Of a stretch of DNA of 64,000 nt, positions 37,921 to 51,510 are shown one piece after another. The notes beneath the pieces were generated by a model. It ran no database searches. It had not been told where the DNA came from and saw only the letters and a program-made list of their open reading frames with translations. The stretch spans positions 112,158,001 through 112,222,000 of the forward strand of contig NC_043003.1 in assembly GCF_006345805.1 (NCBI RefSeq), given 5' to 3'. This DNA is from Octopus sinensis (lineage: Eukaryota). Made by a program: the position numbers and the translations under genes. Positions within the stretch are counted from its first letter, which is position 1. Each line of letters starts with the position of its first letter.

Positions 37921-37924
<4 letters not shown>
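37680..37924. mobile_element. MITE-like element with 50-bp inverted repeats
   Basis: 37730-37779 (caattgcagcgtggaaggtgtttataagccatttaagaaacacacaaaag) vs the reverse complement of 37875-37924: 1 mismatch. Confidence 0.8.
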
Positions 37925-37962
<38 letters not shown>

Positions 37963-38223
37963 TAAATATAAGATAATAAGATACATCAAGTACAGGATAT
38001 CGCCAACGAGTGAAAATTACGTAGACACAAAAGGTTAAAATTCCGACTTTGACGTTCAAACTTAACGGGTCGATAAGATAAGCACATTTTGTGCATTTGA
38101 GTTACTCTAATCGATAGCTACTCTCCTAATCTTCGTGTTTTGTGCTTATACTAAAAATCGTTACATGTAATTTTGTGTTTCTATATTTGTGTGTGTGTGT
38201 GTGTGTGTGTGCGTGTGTGTGTG

Positions 38224-38270
<47 letters not shown>

Positions 38271-39062
38271 GTGTGTGTGGTGTGTGTGTGTGTGCAGAAT
38301 GTGCAACTCCTGAGTCAGTGTCAAAATTATCTTTGTAAATATTCATTAAAATAAATATTAACTTTTGGTATTTAATTTAATTGTTAACATATGTTCCTTC
38401 TCCAACTGCATACCTGTTTCTCAGCCTTCAACAATAATGTAATCTCTCTGCTAACTAAAACATTTCTTGAATAAATAAAATTAAGTCAATCACTTCAGAT
38501 CTAGAACTGAATACTGAAATTTGAACACCAGCACTCCTTTATGGTAAAAATTAATGTCGGGAATTATTTTCTTCAATTGGGTCTATGTCTATGAATTGTG
38601 CTTCATCAAATCTATTCGGTATTTAATATATCTTACCAAAATATTTTGATGAACTGCTCAAACTATTTATGTCGTTATAAATATTCTTAATAATTATTAC
38701 AAATATTCCTCCCAGAAAGCCTCTCGTGATTATCTATGATACCACTTTTACAATTCAGATGCTAAATAGATGATGTGCAAAGGCACTCTATATTTGCACC
38801 ATAAATAATATGTGTGTGCGTGTCAGTCCATGTTTTCGTATGTGTAAATCTGTGCTTTGTCTGTGCCAATTTTCAATTGAATGTGCTTTACAAAAATGAC
38901 GCATCTAATAGCATATAAATCAAATATGTGTGGAAAGTGTATTCAAAATTTGACAGAATGCTATAAATAGAGGTTAGCAACAATCAGATTTAGATATATA
39001 AAAAGTGACTTATTGGAATCAATATAAGTCATTTAATTAAAAGATTCGCTCTGTTCCTCTAC

Positions 39063-39221
39063 CTGCCATCCCATCCCCGACGTCTGCGCTTCTTTTAGTT
39101 TACTTTTCGGTTCAATATTTTGTAAAGTTCTGAAATTCTCTAATGACTGAGTGTATATCACATATGACGATTTTACATTATACCACTTTGCACGCAAGAT
39201 GCAGGAAGCATCGTAAATCAA
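39063..39221 (-). CDS. Candidate internal exon of an unidentified host gene (53 codons, phase 0-0)
   Basis: tatatttcAG|TTG...TGGCAG|GTagag, 159 nt, open frame LIYDASCILRAKWYNVKSSYVIYTQSLENFRTLQNIEPKSKLKEAQTSGMGWQ, in non-repetitive sequence. No homology recognised. Confidence 0.45.
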
Positions 39222-39584
39222 CTGAAATATACGTAACCCTCCACTTCATCTCCACTATATCTTCTATCACAATAGTTATTCCTATTTAACAGTGAAAATG
39301 TTTATCTTCCACTGCACATTGTATTTTAACGCAAGTAAATTTATATATGTAATAAATATATAATAAATTAATACCAACTTTCGTTACATACACATATAAG
39401 ACTAAGAGAGTTTCATTACCAAGTTCTGCAAGTCTATATAGCATACAGAACTTTATTTTGAATTCCGATTGTAGCTATTTCACTTTAATTGTGCAATTAA
39501 TGAAGATAAAACATTGAAAGTATAATTATATGTTCATTGCATTCTCTTTCTTCAGACACCACATATGCATGAGGCCCAATATAC

Positions 39585-39722
39585 ATTCTTTTCTACTCTA
39601 GGCACAAGGCCCGAAATTTTGGGGAGGGGGCTAGTCGATTAGAACGCCCTCAGTATGCAACTAGTACTTAATTTATCTATCCCGAAAGGATGAAGGCAAA
39701 GTCACTCTCGGCGGAATTTGGA
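39585..39722 (-). mobile_element. 5'-truncated tRNA-derived SINE
   Basis: ttcttttctactctaggcacaaggcccgaaatttt...cccgaaaggatgaaggcaaagtcactctcggcggaatttg; the tail type is as at 10021. Confidence 0.8.
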
Positions 39723-40252
39723 GGTCCAGTATATATTTAAATCAACGGGAATGCCTCATATGCACTAACTCTTACGCGTGTACCGGCTTTAATGGCCTTC
39801 ACTCTAATTTGAAAAAAATCCTCCCAATATCACATTATAAGAAGCGTATGTTTACTCATCTAAAGCAAGTACACATATGAGTGACACAATAATATTTGGT
39901 TATTAAAACATAAAAGTTTAACAGGCACAGTTTTGCCATTAGAGCTATACCATATAAGCTATTGTGTCGTTGTAGAAATGTCATAAACCACTGCATTCGT
40001 AAAACACACACTCTAGTAAATATAAGATGACTAATGTTTCTCATGGCTCAAATGACAACTTTTTTAACCCATGTGTATTGTATCGTCTGCAAAAGATGAA
40101 CATGTGTATGGCTCACTGTGGAGTATCTATTTGGGAATAAGTATGATTTGTTGTAATTAGGAAAATATCTTTAATGCCTTGTTCCTCAATCAGGATATAA
40201 TTGTCTCACCGTTGCGCTTTGATAAACGTTATTGGACGTGGTATAATAATCA

Positions 40253-40462
40253 TTTCTATTATAGGTACAAGGCCTGAAGTTGGGGGGTGAGGGTTAGTCG
40301 ATTACGTCCACCCCAGTACTCAACTGGCACTTAATCTCTCGATCCCGAAAGAATGAATCGCAAAATCGACCTCGACGGAATTTGAACTCAGAACGTAGCG
40401 ACGGGTGAAATACTTCTATGAATTTTGCCGGTGTGCGAACGATTCTGCTAGCTCGCCGCCTT
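40253..40462 (-). mobile_element. tRNA-derived SINE, full length
   Basis: The head on the minus strand is aggcggcgagctagcagaatcgttcgcacaccggc, with a B-box-like gagttcaaattcc. Confidence 0.85.
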
Positions 40463-42122
40463 TAAATATGGTATAATAATGTTTGTTATTAACAAGATAT
40501 GAGATTCCCTATAATTTTACTCTTTCTCATAAAAAATATTGGTTAATATATTTAGTCATCATAGGAATTTCTTTGGTACTTGAAATTTATTAGATGAATC
40601 AATATTCCTTTAAGGAATAAGTAACATTTGAAGTACAATTTTAATATATAATAAAATCATTTAAGAGATTGCTTTCCCATTTGTGTTCCAAAGACGATGA
40701 AAGATGGATCCCCCCACCTTTTCTCTCTTCGAACAATAGAAAAATTTGTGAAAAAATATTCCAATTTCTTTGTATATGAGACAGACATTAGTATTCTTAA
40801 TCTCAGTATTAGTGAAAAGGAAATCAAAATACAGAAATGTATGTAAATAAATATAGTAATCGATCTCGTATCATGAATATTAGAAGCCGCTCAAAAGCTT
40901 GAGTTATACAACGAAAATAGATTTTTCAGCGTAATTTCCGTTGCTGACGAAAGTCAACGACTTAATTCATCACCCTGTAATTAAACAAACCACACGATCC
41001 TTAGAAGTTTTTACCAAACCCAGTCTATTGTAAGCATTTGGATAAGACAATAGAATCAGATGCCCGGTCTGAAATATAACTTCCTCTCCTCTTCTATCTT
41101 CTTCGGAGCTCAAAAACTGTCATGGATATTTTCCTCCTCCTCCTCGGGGAGACAGGTTACTAAATGCAAGGCACTATCTTGTTTATCCTCCTCACCAGGC
41201 ACTAACTGAGCAGACCTACAAACTAAGATGTTATAGCTATGGTCATCTCGTTGTTTTGTGTATCTGGGAGCACATTTCATTCTTTGAAATGGAATAACTC
41301 ATTTGATTATCTTCTAAATGAGCCCTAAACGAACAGACTTCGCATTCATGTACCACGCCTTTTCATACCACTCTTTATATATTTACCAGTAAATTTTCCA
41401 AAGTAACTAATCTTCTTTAGAATGATGCAATGTTATTTGAGGAAGTTTGGGCAGAGCTCTCTAGCAGATCCAGTGACAAATATAGGGATTCTTTCATAGC
41501 AATCACCTTGAAAGCGTTCGCATAAACTGTATAATCTTTATGACATGGCAATTTTCTGGATAATTTAGGTATGCAAATTTTAAGTAACGCTTTTTTTGTG
41601 TCAACATAAATATGCTAATTACTTGTTTGTTGCCCGTTTTTATTATCTATTCTGCTCGCTTTTACGTCTTATATTTTTTCTGTTCTTACATCAGATTTTA
41701 CAGATATCTTATATATTCATCAAAGAAGTTCTTCACATCAATTTAAACACCATTTATTATGTATTCACTTTTGAAAACGTTATAGAAATGTTAATATAAT
41801 TGAAGCATTGGGTGGCTTTTATCCATGCAAAGTGTTTATTTTCAGATATCTCTAAACCTGCTTCGGGCACAAGACAAGTGACAGCATATTCTGTAATTCG
41901 GGCTTATGAGGTTAAAATGTGAAATACGTCCTGGGATTTAGAAAATTAATATACAGAAGGAAAACCGGAGCTGACATAACCAGATATTACAGCACATCTG
42001 GTTTGACGGAACCTGAATCGGAAATACGTCGACAAATTTAATGATAAGCAGAACATGCGCACGTGTGCCTCAAAGTGTATATAAGAATATCTATAAATCA
42101 CGCACAGACATCCATGTATATA

Positions 42123-42153
<31 letters not shown>

Positions 42154-42202
42154 CATCCATGAGCGTCCTCACGTTGTATTTTTTGTGCTTGTTCTTCTTT
42201 AC

Positions 42203-42242
<40 letters not shown>

Positions 42243-42258
42243 CAGATAGATAGATAGG

Positions 42259-42308
<50 letters not shown>

Positions 42309-42989
42309 TGTATGCATGTATGTGTGTCTACATGCCTGTGCGCTTCTGTGTATGTATAAATTGTTCAAGTTGAGAAGGCAAACATAAGAGACTTTTCATT
42401 TATAGGATATGTAAACGTGAATAAGAATATTAAATAAGAAATATTTTAGTAACTCAGGCTATTATCATTTCTTTTAAGTTGCATACCATTGTTAGGTCTT
42501 ACTTATCAGGTCACTCTTCTCTATGACATACTATATTAGGATGTCAAACACTTTTGAGATTGCTAACTGGTACTCTACAAGGGCAGAGAGCCCGGTGACA
42601 ACCGTTTAAACTGATTTGACTTACAGAAGGTATATTACACTCATCTATTAATGTATTTAACGAAGCAGAACATGCACACGCAAGTGCAAATATATATAGA
42701 AATAAGCTGTAAATGGAGAACAAAATTACGAAGTACACACCGGCCTTAGGGTTAAAAAATATAAAAGTAAAAAAATAAAAGAATATGGTAACATGGTATG
42801 TAGGTTTAAATATACGCAATCCGATAATATATACGTGTGCGTGTGCATATATATTTGATCACTCTATAAAGTGATCAAATTTCACTCCGGTGATAGATGC
42901 GGAGTAGTCAAGCTGTATTAAACTGATAAAAGGGTAAGTTTCTTATCGTTGTCAATATTTATGCACTAACAATGTCCCATTCTGATGAA

Positions 42990-45715
42990 ACTGTAGGACA
43001 ATTTTATGATGATTAGCACAATTATTTGAAAGTACCAATTTCTGACAAGCTGCTCATATTCAGAGATTTCAATGGGCTATCCTCCGTGGCCTGTTTATTG
43101 TCGATATGCGACTTGAAAATATAATAAAAATGGAGTAGCTCGTTTGACATTTTGTAGTGACATTAATCTGGTTGTCACCAACACTGTTTAAGCAGAAAAA
43201 TTAATATAAAAATCACCTGGATGCACCCACGATCTAACCACTGGCATCTCATAAATTATGTTTTGATCGGGAAACGTGATATGAAATACCTTTCTAGCGT
43301 TCGGGCCATGAGAGGAGCAGAGAGCTGGACTGACCACCATCTTGTGCGTGGAAAAGTGCGTTTTTCGATAATGCCTAAAAATCGACAGGCATTCAAAATG
43401 TTATATGTTACAAACTTTAATTTATAAAACAACGTGCAAATATTCCACGATGCCAGAGAAAGTATCGATCTTGACCCAAACAATCTATGAGAAGATTCAA
43501 AACAAAAGTATTTCAGGCTTCAAGTTCGTCAGTGGGATTTAAACCACGTTACGTCCAAAGACTGGTTCTCAGATAGATTAGCAGAAAACTTAGGCAAAAC
43601 CATTCTTTCTCAGTCCTTGAACCGCCAACTAAAAACGAAGCTTACGGAAAGCTGAAAAGGGAAAGTGCAGACTGCTCTAAGGAAAATTAAGCAGGAATGG
43701 TGGAATGATAGAGCAAAGGACGCACAAGGAGCAGCTGATAGAAATGTTGCCAAAGATTAGTACTCTTATGTTAACGAGGTATATGGCCCCAAATTTTCTT
43801 CAATAGCTCCAATGAGAACAGCAAATGGACGTTTGCTTCTGACTGACACGGCTTGTATTGATAAGCACTGGGTAGAGCAATTTCCTGCAATTTCTAAGAG
43901 ACCATCATCCGCTGACATGAGATCGATACAAAAAATCGAACACCTTCCAGTAAAGAAGAGATGGCATTTCAATCAACTCTAAATGATATTTAGCCGTGAA
44001 TAGGCTGAACAGCCATAAGTCTCCACGATCTCATGATATCTGTGCGGAAATCTTGAAATATGGGGGTGACAAAATGTTTGGACTCTTAAATATATTAATT
44101 TGTAATTGCTGGAGAACTGAGAAAGTGCCTCAAGACTGGATTGATACTATTTTAGTTTCTTTGTATAAAGGACATGTGTGGTAATTTCCGGGGATTTCGC
44201 TTTAGCCTGTGGTTGGAAAGATACTTGCCCACTTTTTGTCAGAATGTTTAATACCTTCATATTTCCAAATATGGTGTCTGTGTCACAGTATGGCTTTCGT
44301 TCCTCCAGGGCCACAGCTGATTGTATCTTTACTATCAGACAATTACAAGAAAAGTGCATTGAACAGAAACTTGCTCTATACCATTGTTTTATTGATTTCA
44401 GCAAAGCATTCGATACTCTTAATAGAAATGCTTTGTGGCTAATTCTAAGGGAAATAAGTTGCCCACAAAAATTTGTAAACATGATCAGGGTTTTGCATCA
44501 AGATATGAAAGCTAGAATTAAACTTTGGTGGTAGGCTCTCTGAATCTTTAGCCGCAGAAAATGGAATAAAGCAAGGGTACCTTTATTCACCCACCTTCTT
44601 TGCAATATACTTTGCTGTTGTGTTGTCACATGCTTTTCAAAACTCTGGGGAGGGTATTTAGATAAAATATCGAAAAATAGGGAATGTTTTTAATCTGATC
44701 AGACTGAAATTCAAAACGAAGGTTTTTACTTCACTCATTAGGGAACTTTTATATGCTGACGACTGCGATCTTGTCAGTCATTGTGAAACAGTTCTGCAAT
44801 CTCTTGTATCTGCATTTGACTCAGCTTGTGATGATTTGGGTTTGAACATCATCTTGAGTAAAAGACGGCTGTAATCCATCAACCAATGTGGTGCTGTTTG
44901 TAACCCCACTAATATTTTTGTTAATGTTCATTTATTTGTGGTGTCGAATCGTTCATCTACCTTGAAAGCTCTGTACAAAATGATAGGAATCCTGATACAG
45001 AATTATATCTGCCAATTCAAAGGGCAACACAAAATTTGGAGGCTTGGAGTCGCGCGTCTGGCGCCATCGACATATAAATAAGAATATACAGCTGGCTCTT
45101 TACAAATCATTTGTCTTACCATCCCGGTGGAATTCCTGTGAAACATAGACTTGTTATGAAAGGCATTTTAAATTGTTAGAGCAATTCCACCAAAAATGCC
45201 TTCATCGCATTTGAAACATTAAATGTGTTCTTTTACTCCAAAGACAGATGCCCTTGCCTCTGCAGGCATCATCTCAACTAAAGCTATGATTTTGAGGAAC
45301 CAAATGAGATGGATATGCCATATTCTTCGAATGGTGGATGAACGCATGCCAAAACAGTTGTTTTAAGGTGAGGTTGCAGAGGGGAAACGCTATCGGCGCA
45401 AACCTAAAAGAGGTTTAAGGACAGCATATGGACTACTATGAAGCCACTTGGGATGGATGAAGTTGGATGGCGAACAAAACCAAACCTCCACAAACTATTC
45501 TGCCTATGTGTCTGTGCACACGTTTGAATGCACTGTATGCCGGGGTTTGCAAATCTAACGAAGGCTTCAAAAGACAATTTTAAGACCCACAAAGATCAGA
45601 ACTTATCTGAAGTTCTTGGTGGTCCGGATCGGATGTGCAATGTATGTGGGTGTCTTTTCAGAGCATTGTCTGATTTAAAAAGCCACATCAGGAGCCATGA
45701 TGGTGCCAAGGTGTA
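42990..45715 (+). pseudogene. RTE-clade (BovB/RTE-like) LINE ORF, heavily degenerate
   Basis: EN: WMHPRSNHWHLINYVL...RAMRGAESWTDHHLV. RT: QYGFRSSRATADCIFTIRQLQEKC.EQ...FIDFSKAFDTLNR, GIKQG..SP, LLYADDC. C-terminal RMPKQL..GE...GKR..PK and a C2H2 finger CNVCGCLFRALSDLKSHIRSH at 45636-45698. Confidence 0.88.
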
Positions 45716-45717
45716 GG

Positions 45718-46420
45718 TACTCGTTAAGAAGCTCGATATTTGGGTTCCACGTATATTAAAAGACATTCACTTAACACAATGAATCAACATTTTCGATATG
45801 CATTTCTAACGCAGAGAAATCGACCTTTTTTTTAAATGAATCATCGCTGTGGAATACAAATGGAATCCCTACAATAACATCAATCAAAAACGGTCATGGT
45901 TGAAGCGTAATGAACCAGAACAAACTACATAGAAAGCTGAATTGCACCAAATAAAGATCATACTCTCAATTTGTTGAGAATACATAGGTGTTGTGTAATT
46001 TGAGATGTTTCCGAGTAACCAAACAATCAATTCAGATATTTACTGTCAGCAACTAATGAAACTGGAGGAAGCCAGCAAAGAAAAACGGCCAGAGTTGGCA
46101 AATGGTGAAGGAATCCTGTTCCACTATGACAACACTGGACCACACACGTCTGTGCTAACTCGTGAAAAATTATTGGAGCTTGGTTGGGAAGTGATGTCAC
46201 ATCCACCATGTAGTTCCCACCTTGCACCATCAGATTACCATTTACTTCGATGTTTGCAAAAATTCTTTGAATGGTAAAACTTTCAATAATGATAATGATC
46301 TGAAATCGCACTTGCTTCAGCTTTTGACGGATAAGGATCAGAAGTTGTATGAGCGCGGAATCATGAAGTTGCTTGCCAGAAAGATGGCAAAAGATCATCG
46401 AACGAAAAAGGAAAATATAT
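45718..46420 (+). pseudogene. Mariner transposase, catalytic/C-terminal two-thirds, degenerate
   Basis: LVKKLDIWVP..., QTINSDIYCQQLMKL, FHYDNTGPH, WEVMSHPPCSSHLAPSDYHLLRCLQ, NGKTFNNDNDLKSHL. Same family as 26520-27155 and 13070-13330. Confidence 0.88.
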
Positions 46421-49041
46421 ACCGTATTTTAACGTGCTTAAGGAACTCTTTTGTTCAAAAATCAGTTTTAAAATATATGCGAGTTTCTTATACAGGGATA
46501 GTATTATAATCCCTTACAAAACCTTATTCCAATGTTTAAGCCCCCAGAATTAGTGGGTCCTTATACACGTTAAAATACGGTAATTAATTAAAGTATTAAA
46601 ACAAGTTGCTTTCATTTCATATTTGAAAACTCTGAAATTATTTTCTTGCCAACCTAATGAATAACGCATGTAATGCCTGTTATTAAGTAGACACCTTTAA
46701 GGAGTAAATATGCATATTGTATGACCGTGCAATTAGACATGTGTACAAAGTATGATTACTATCAAACAAATGTTCAAATTTGAGTGTGCTATCAAACATT
46801 TGCATATAGTATACTTGTGCTATTAAACCTGCATAACACATGATCATACTGTCAAATATATGAACATTAAAACAACTGTTCCGTCAAACATATCAAATGT
46901 AGCAAGACGTTTCCAATATATGGTAGTGACATTACGTCCAGTATCCAATGTGAAGTAACAGAATTTTAAACGAACTAACAGAATTCTCCCATTTCGTTCA
47001 TAAATCTTTTTTAAACGAATCATTTACTTTACAATAAAGTTTATCAAGATGGTTTGCTTAATAAATATTATACTATCTCACTCTTTCGTTCAAACAATCG
47101 AGTTAATTCCGGCAATTATGATTTTACAAGCTCAATTTCATCTTTTAAAAGCATAATCATAAATTTATAACCAGTGTTTTTCAATATATTATGCTAGCCT
47201 GGCACTTTAACTTCCTGAATTGTCACTCAATCAAGCATCATCGGCATGAATGACTATCATATAACATTTAATTATAAATATTGCTGTACGATAGACTAAA
47301 ACAGATTTCTATAATGTCTTTCCTTGATATTAGTGCGGCAGACCAAAGTTTCAGGTTAACGTAAGTGTTTTTCCTACAAATCAAGAAACAGCGTCGAAAC
47401 TTTCTTGATGACAGCTGCTGAATTCTTGCAGACTTCTCTTTGATTGATTTAATTAAGAAGTAAACGACAAGCTGTGAGTAAACGACATAAGTAAAGACAT
47501 AAGAAATTAAACACTGCATGCTGTTAGAGACAAAATCCACAGTTGTTTATTAATATACGTAAGGCATTTCTTTTGGTTTGCTTAATAGATATTATGGTAT
47601 TTCAGTCATTCAAACATTTCGAGTTAATTTCGCCAATTATGATTTTGTAAGCTCAATTTTATCTTTAAATGTAAAATCACAAATTGGTGTGGTTGGATCA
47701 GTATTCAAGTTACAAGAACATTATTTAAGTTAACAACCACTGCTTATGTACAATCACAGCATATTTATTTTTAACTGCGCTGCTGCGTCTGTCAATTGTG
47801 AAGATTATATGCTTAATTTTGTATATAAATGTTCCCCATAAATTTCTAGAACTCACCCTAATAATGAAATTATGAATGATATCACTACTAATATTAGATC
47901 GTATTAGAAGAGAGAAATATTTGTATAATGATGTATATTGTATGTTTACGGAGGAATTGTCTCATCATTAGTTCAAACAATTTCGAGGACAAGGTCAGTT
48001 CACAAATGAGGACATAACAGTTGCAAAACTTACTCAGAGTAAAGAATTCGTTATTGACTAATATTCTTTTTCTTGGCCGCATAATTACTTCTTCTCAGAA
48101 TTTTAATGAAATATATTAAAATTAATCAAATCTTTGTTTTATTTTGGTTTCTGGTGGAGAATCTAAATGTAAGGACAGCACTGTCAGTTTCTATTATAAA
48201 TGGTGTTAAAATATATTTCATGTAGAAAAGGAACTTCCCCGGATGTAAAAAGCAGAATGATACGCGTTGTATTTCAGAAAACCCTAAAAATGTGAAATAT
48301 ATGCCTTATTCCAGCGAGTATAGAATGCTACTTATTTGTCTGTAAAGCAGGCGCACGTTATTTCCTAAGATATAATTTCTAAGAACAACCAAATTAAATT
48401 AAAAGTTTTTGAAAATATGGAAGCATGCATTTATATTAGTAATGAGATAGGTAGGAGTCTTGCAGTTATATCAATTTATATTTCCATACCCACAAGTGAA
48501 AATCTAAATTGCTTGCTATAAATGTCATATTTAATTTATAACATTTATATACAATAGATGTTATTTCCAGGGCAAGTTTCAAGAACGAAAAAATTTACAA
48601 CGCGATATATATTTGGGATTGTTTTATTCTTCAAAACTTTCATCATTCGCTTTTTATTTTTTAGACTATTAACAAATTTTCCATTCGCTTATATTTGCAG
48701 TTTTCTCGATTAAAAAAAATACAAATACTTAGAATAAATAAGGAAGAATTTAGAAATGTATTCACATTTATGTAAATAATATGTTCTAAAGTTAAACTTT
48801 TTTATCATTTCATTATTCTTTTATTACGGTCAATATTCTCTACTTTTCTCTAGATGCTGTCATTAGATTTATATTTACGAGAATTACCTTAGTTGCGTTT
48901 TAAATAAAGACATATGCTCTCTTGTTTTGGCATGTATAGATTGCTTTCCACAATTAGAAAACTTGCCGATGGCACCATTCAGAGCATTGTACAGAATATA
49001 ATAAAATCGATAAAATTTAACACGCCTAAACACCCACAGAT

Positions 49042-49074
<33 letters not shown>

Positions 49075-49270
49075 TGTGTGTGTGTGTGTATATAATAAAA
49101 AATTTTCACACAAGTAAACTTGCTGTGATAAAGAAAAAGAGAATGCTTAAAGAAATTTCTAATGGATAAAACAGACTATTTACTATTTTATCAAAGTACG
49201 AGTATGTTACCAGTTTAAGTTACATAGAAACACGATTTAGTCATGCTCAAATAAAATTGAAAGTAAATTG

Positions 49271-49316
<46 letters not shown>

Positions 49317-50609
49317 ACGTTATACTATGTGCGTTTGCATAGATGTAGTTGTTTGTATGTAAAATAAATAGATATCATAACAAAAGGTAGGTATTGGATA
49401 TATACTTTTATGAATTTGTGATGTTCCTGTCTAAATAGGTTTTAAACAAACACCTTTATACTCCACAGATAATGTAAAGATGTTTGGCTAAATTATATTG
49501 CCGAAAATTCCTGAAGTGATCTTTGCTGCTGTCGGAGAAGTCATCTACAGGACAATGAGTACATTCGAGCAAAGTGGTAGCGAAAGAATTTCGCATTTTG
49601 CTCCTGTTTATGTTGGAGTGTGATTTCTTGCTTAGACACAAAACCTCAAATTAAAGGAGTAGGAAATATCAATGTTCCTTATGAAGTGATAAATTGAATT
49701 TTCGCGGTAGGGCGTGTACGATTGGTGCATTTAGTAGCAGAGATCGTCTCTTCATATTAATCAAATCACTAATAAATGTGTACTGCAACAAATTGCATGC
49801 ATATACAAATATAGAAACACATATATTCAGGAGGACTTTAGCTTGACCATCCGAACAAAGATTGGGCAAGACTTTTAGGGAAATCCTAAGTGTGAGAGTC
49901 TCTTTTAAATTTCCTGTATATATTCCGATACTCATGTCTATGTTTTCAGTCTCTGTATTAGCGCGTACATTTAATCGTTACAGTTATCTGTATGAAGCCA
50001 CAATTATCATTACACGTTACTCTCCTCGCACACACATAGAACCATACACATTTCAGGCATTTACTTAGATGTCAATCTCTCACACTACTCAAGCACAAAT
50101 CTCACAAAGAAAAACGAAAAAAAATATATATTTCTTGAAATACTTTTTGAAAAATCTTCCCCTTTCACTACAATCTAACACATTATTCTGTTACCCTAAC
50201 GATCTTGATATAAAAGTATTTAGATTTAAGATTCATATTCTGTCACGTATTATATCTGACATACTAAACATATTTTCGAGTTCGTATAAATAACCCGATT
50301 ACCAATCATAGACATCAAAACAGACAATAAACGAAATAGCAAATTCATCACACTATTTTCTAACGAAACATTACAGTGATAGAAGTGAATATGGACAGAG
50401 GAGAGAATACAAATGTACTAACGGCATTAGACCATTATTATAAACCACTAAAAATAGAAACATTCTCAAGAATGACAGCCCTGTTCATTCTGTACAGAAT
50501 TTAAATACTTCTAAATAATAGCATGCATCCATACAAACAACATTCATTGTATTTTTTGCCACGCACGTAGATTCCCAAGACGAGATGAAACGTTTGCTCA
50601 ATACGAGGA

Positions 50610-51279
50610 ATTGAACGTATGTATGTGTGTGTGTATATATGTATATGTATGTATGTATATGTATGTATGTGTATATATATATATATGTATGTATGTATAT
50701 GTATATGTGTATGTGTATGTATTTGTATGTGTATGCATGCGCGTATATGTATGTATATGTATACATGTGGGTGTGTGTATGTGTATATATGTATGTATGT
50801 ATGGGTGTATGTATGTATGTATATGTACGTATGTGTATGTATATATATATATATATATATTTATATGTATGTATTTGTATGTAGGTGTATATGTATGTGT
50901 GTATATATATTTATTGGTGTATATGTATAGACTAGTCTTCTAAGATTGTAGACATGAATCTGTAGGTACGCGTACGTATGTGTATATACGTGGATGTATG
51001 TAGATGTATGTATGTATGAATATAACGCGTGCGTGCGTGTATGTGTATGAGTGTACGAATGAGTGAGTGTGCGTGCTAATGAGTGTGCGTGCGTGAGTGA
51101 GTGCTTGTGTTCAAGTAGAAAGATAAAAGGACTGGCTGTCGTAGCCAAGATGCTTGTGACCAGCGGTCAAAGATAACAAAAGTAATAAATGAAGATAAAA
51201 AATTTAAAATTAGGGAATGGGTTTGTATTTGTATTTGTATGTATATGTGTGTATGTGTAGGTATGTATAGGTACACATA

Positions 51280-51312
<33 letters not shown>

Positions 51313-51468
51313 ATATATATGTGTATATGTATATATGTGTATATAGGGACTTGTGTGTTGTGTGTGCATGTGTGTATGTGGATATATGTGTGTGTATGTG
51401 TGTATGTGTATGCGTGGTCGTGTGTGTATATATACATGTGTGTGTATATGTATATGCATGTATATGTG

Positions 51469-51505
<37 letters not shown>
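50610..51505. repeat. Compound (TATG/TG/TA)n microsatellite block
   Basis: Directly visible. Confidence 0.9.
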
Positions 51506-51506
<1 letters not shown>

Positions 51507-51510
51507 AAAA

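Noticed and set aside
40941-40975. Hammerhead candidate CTGACGA-aagtc-aac-gactt
   Set aside because: Stem II is good, but the GAAA half of the core is replaced by AATT and there is no stem I/III. At best it is a dead relic.
46725-46895. CRISPR-like repeat-spacer array
   Set aside because: The motif is only ~9 bp and degenerate, the context is eukaryotic, and there are no cas genes. It is kept only as a periodic-motif finding.
49456-49641. ORF read as an additional host exon
   Set aside because: Candidate frames either contain internal stops or need a weak donor, so it could not be placed consistently in the exon chain.
50571-50616. Plus-strand exon candidate [15 protein letters not shown] (also 20338-20428, RNYPSPDKEWECFFKPILSWNLPSRKGTLK)
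   Set aside because: They are isolated and short, with no phase-compatible partners identified. AG…GTAAGT/GTATGT pairs are expected by chance in 64 kb of AT-rich DNA.
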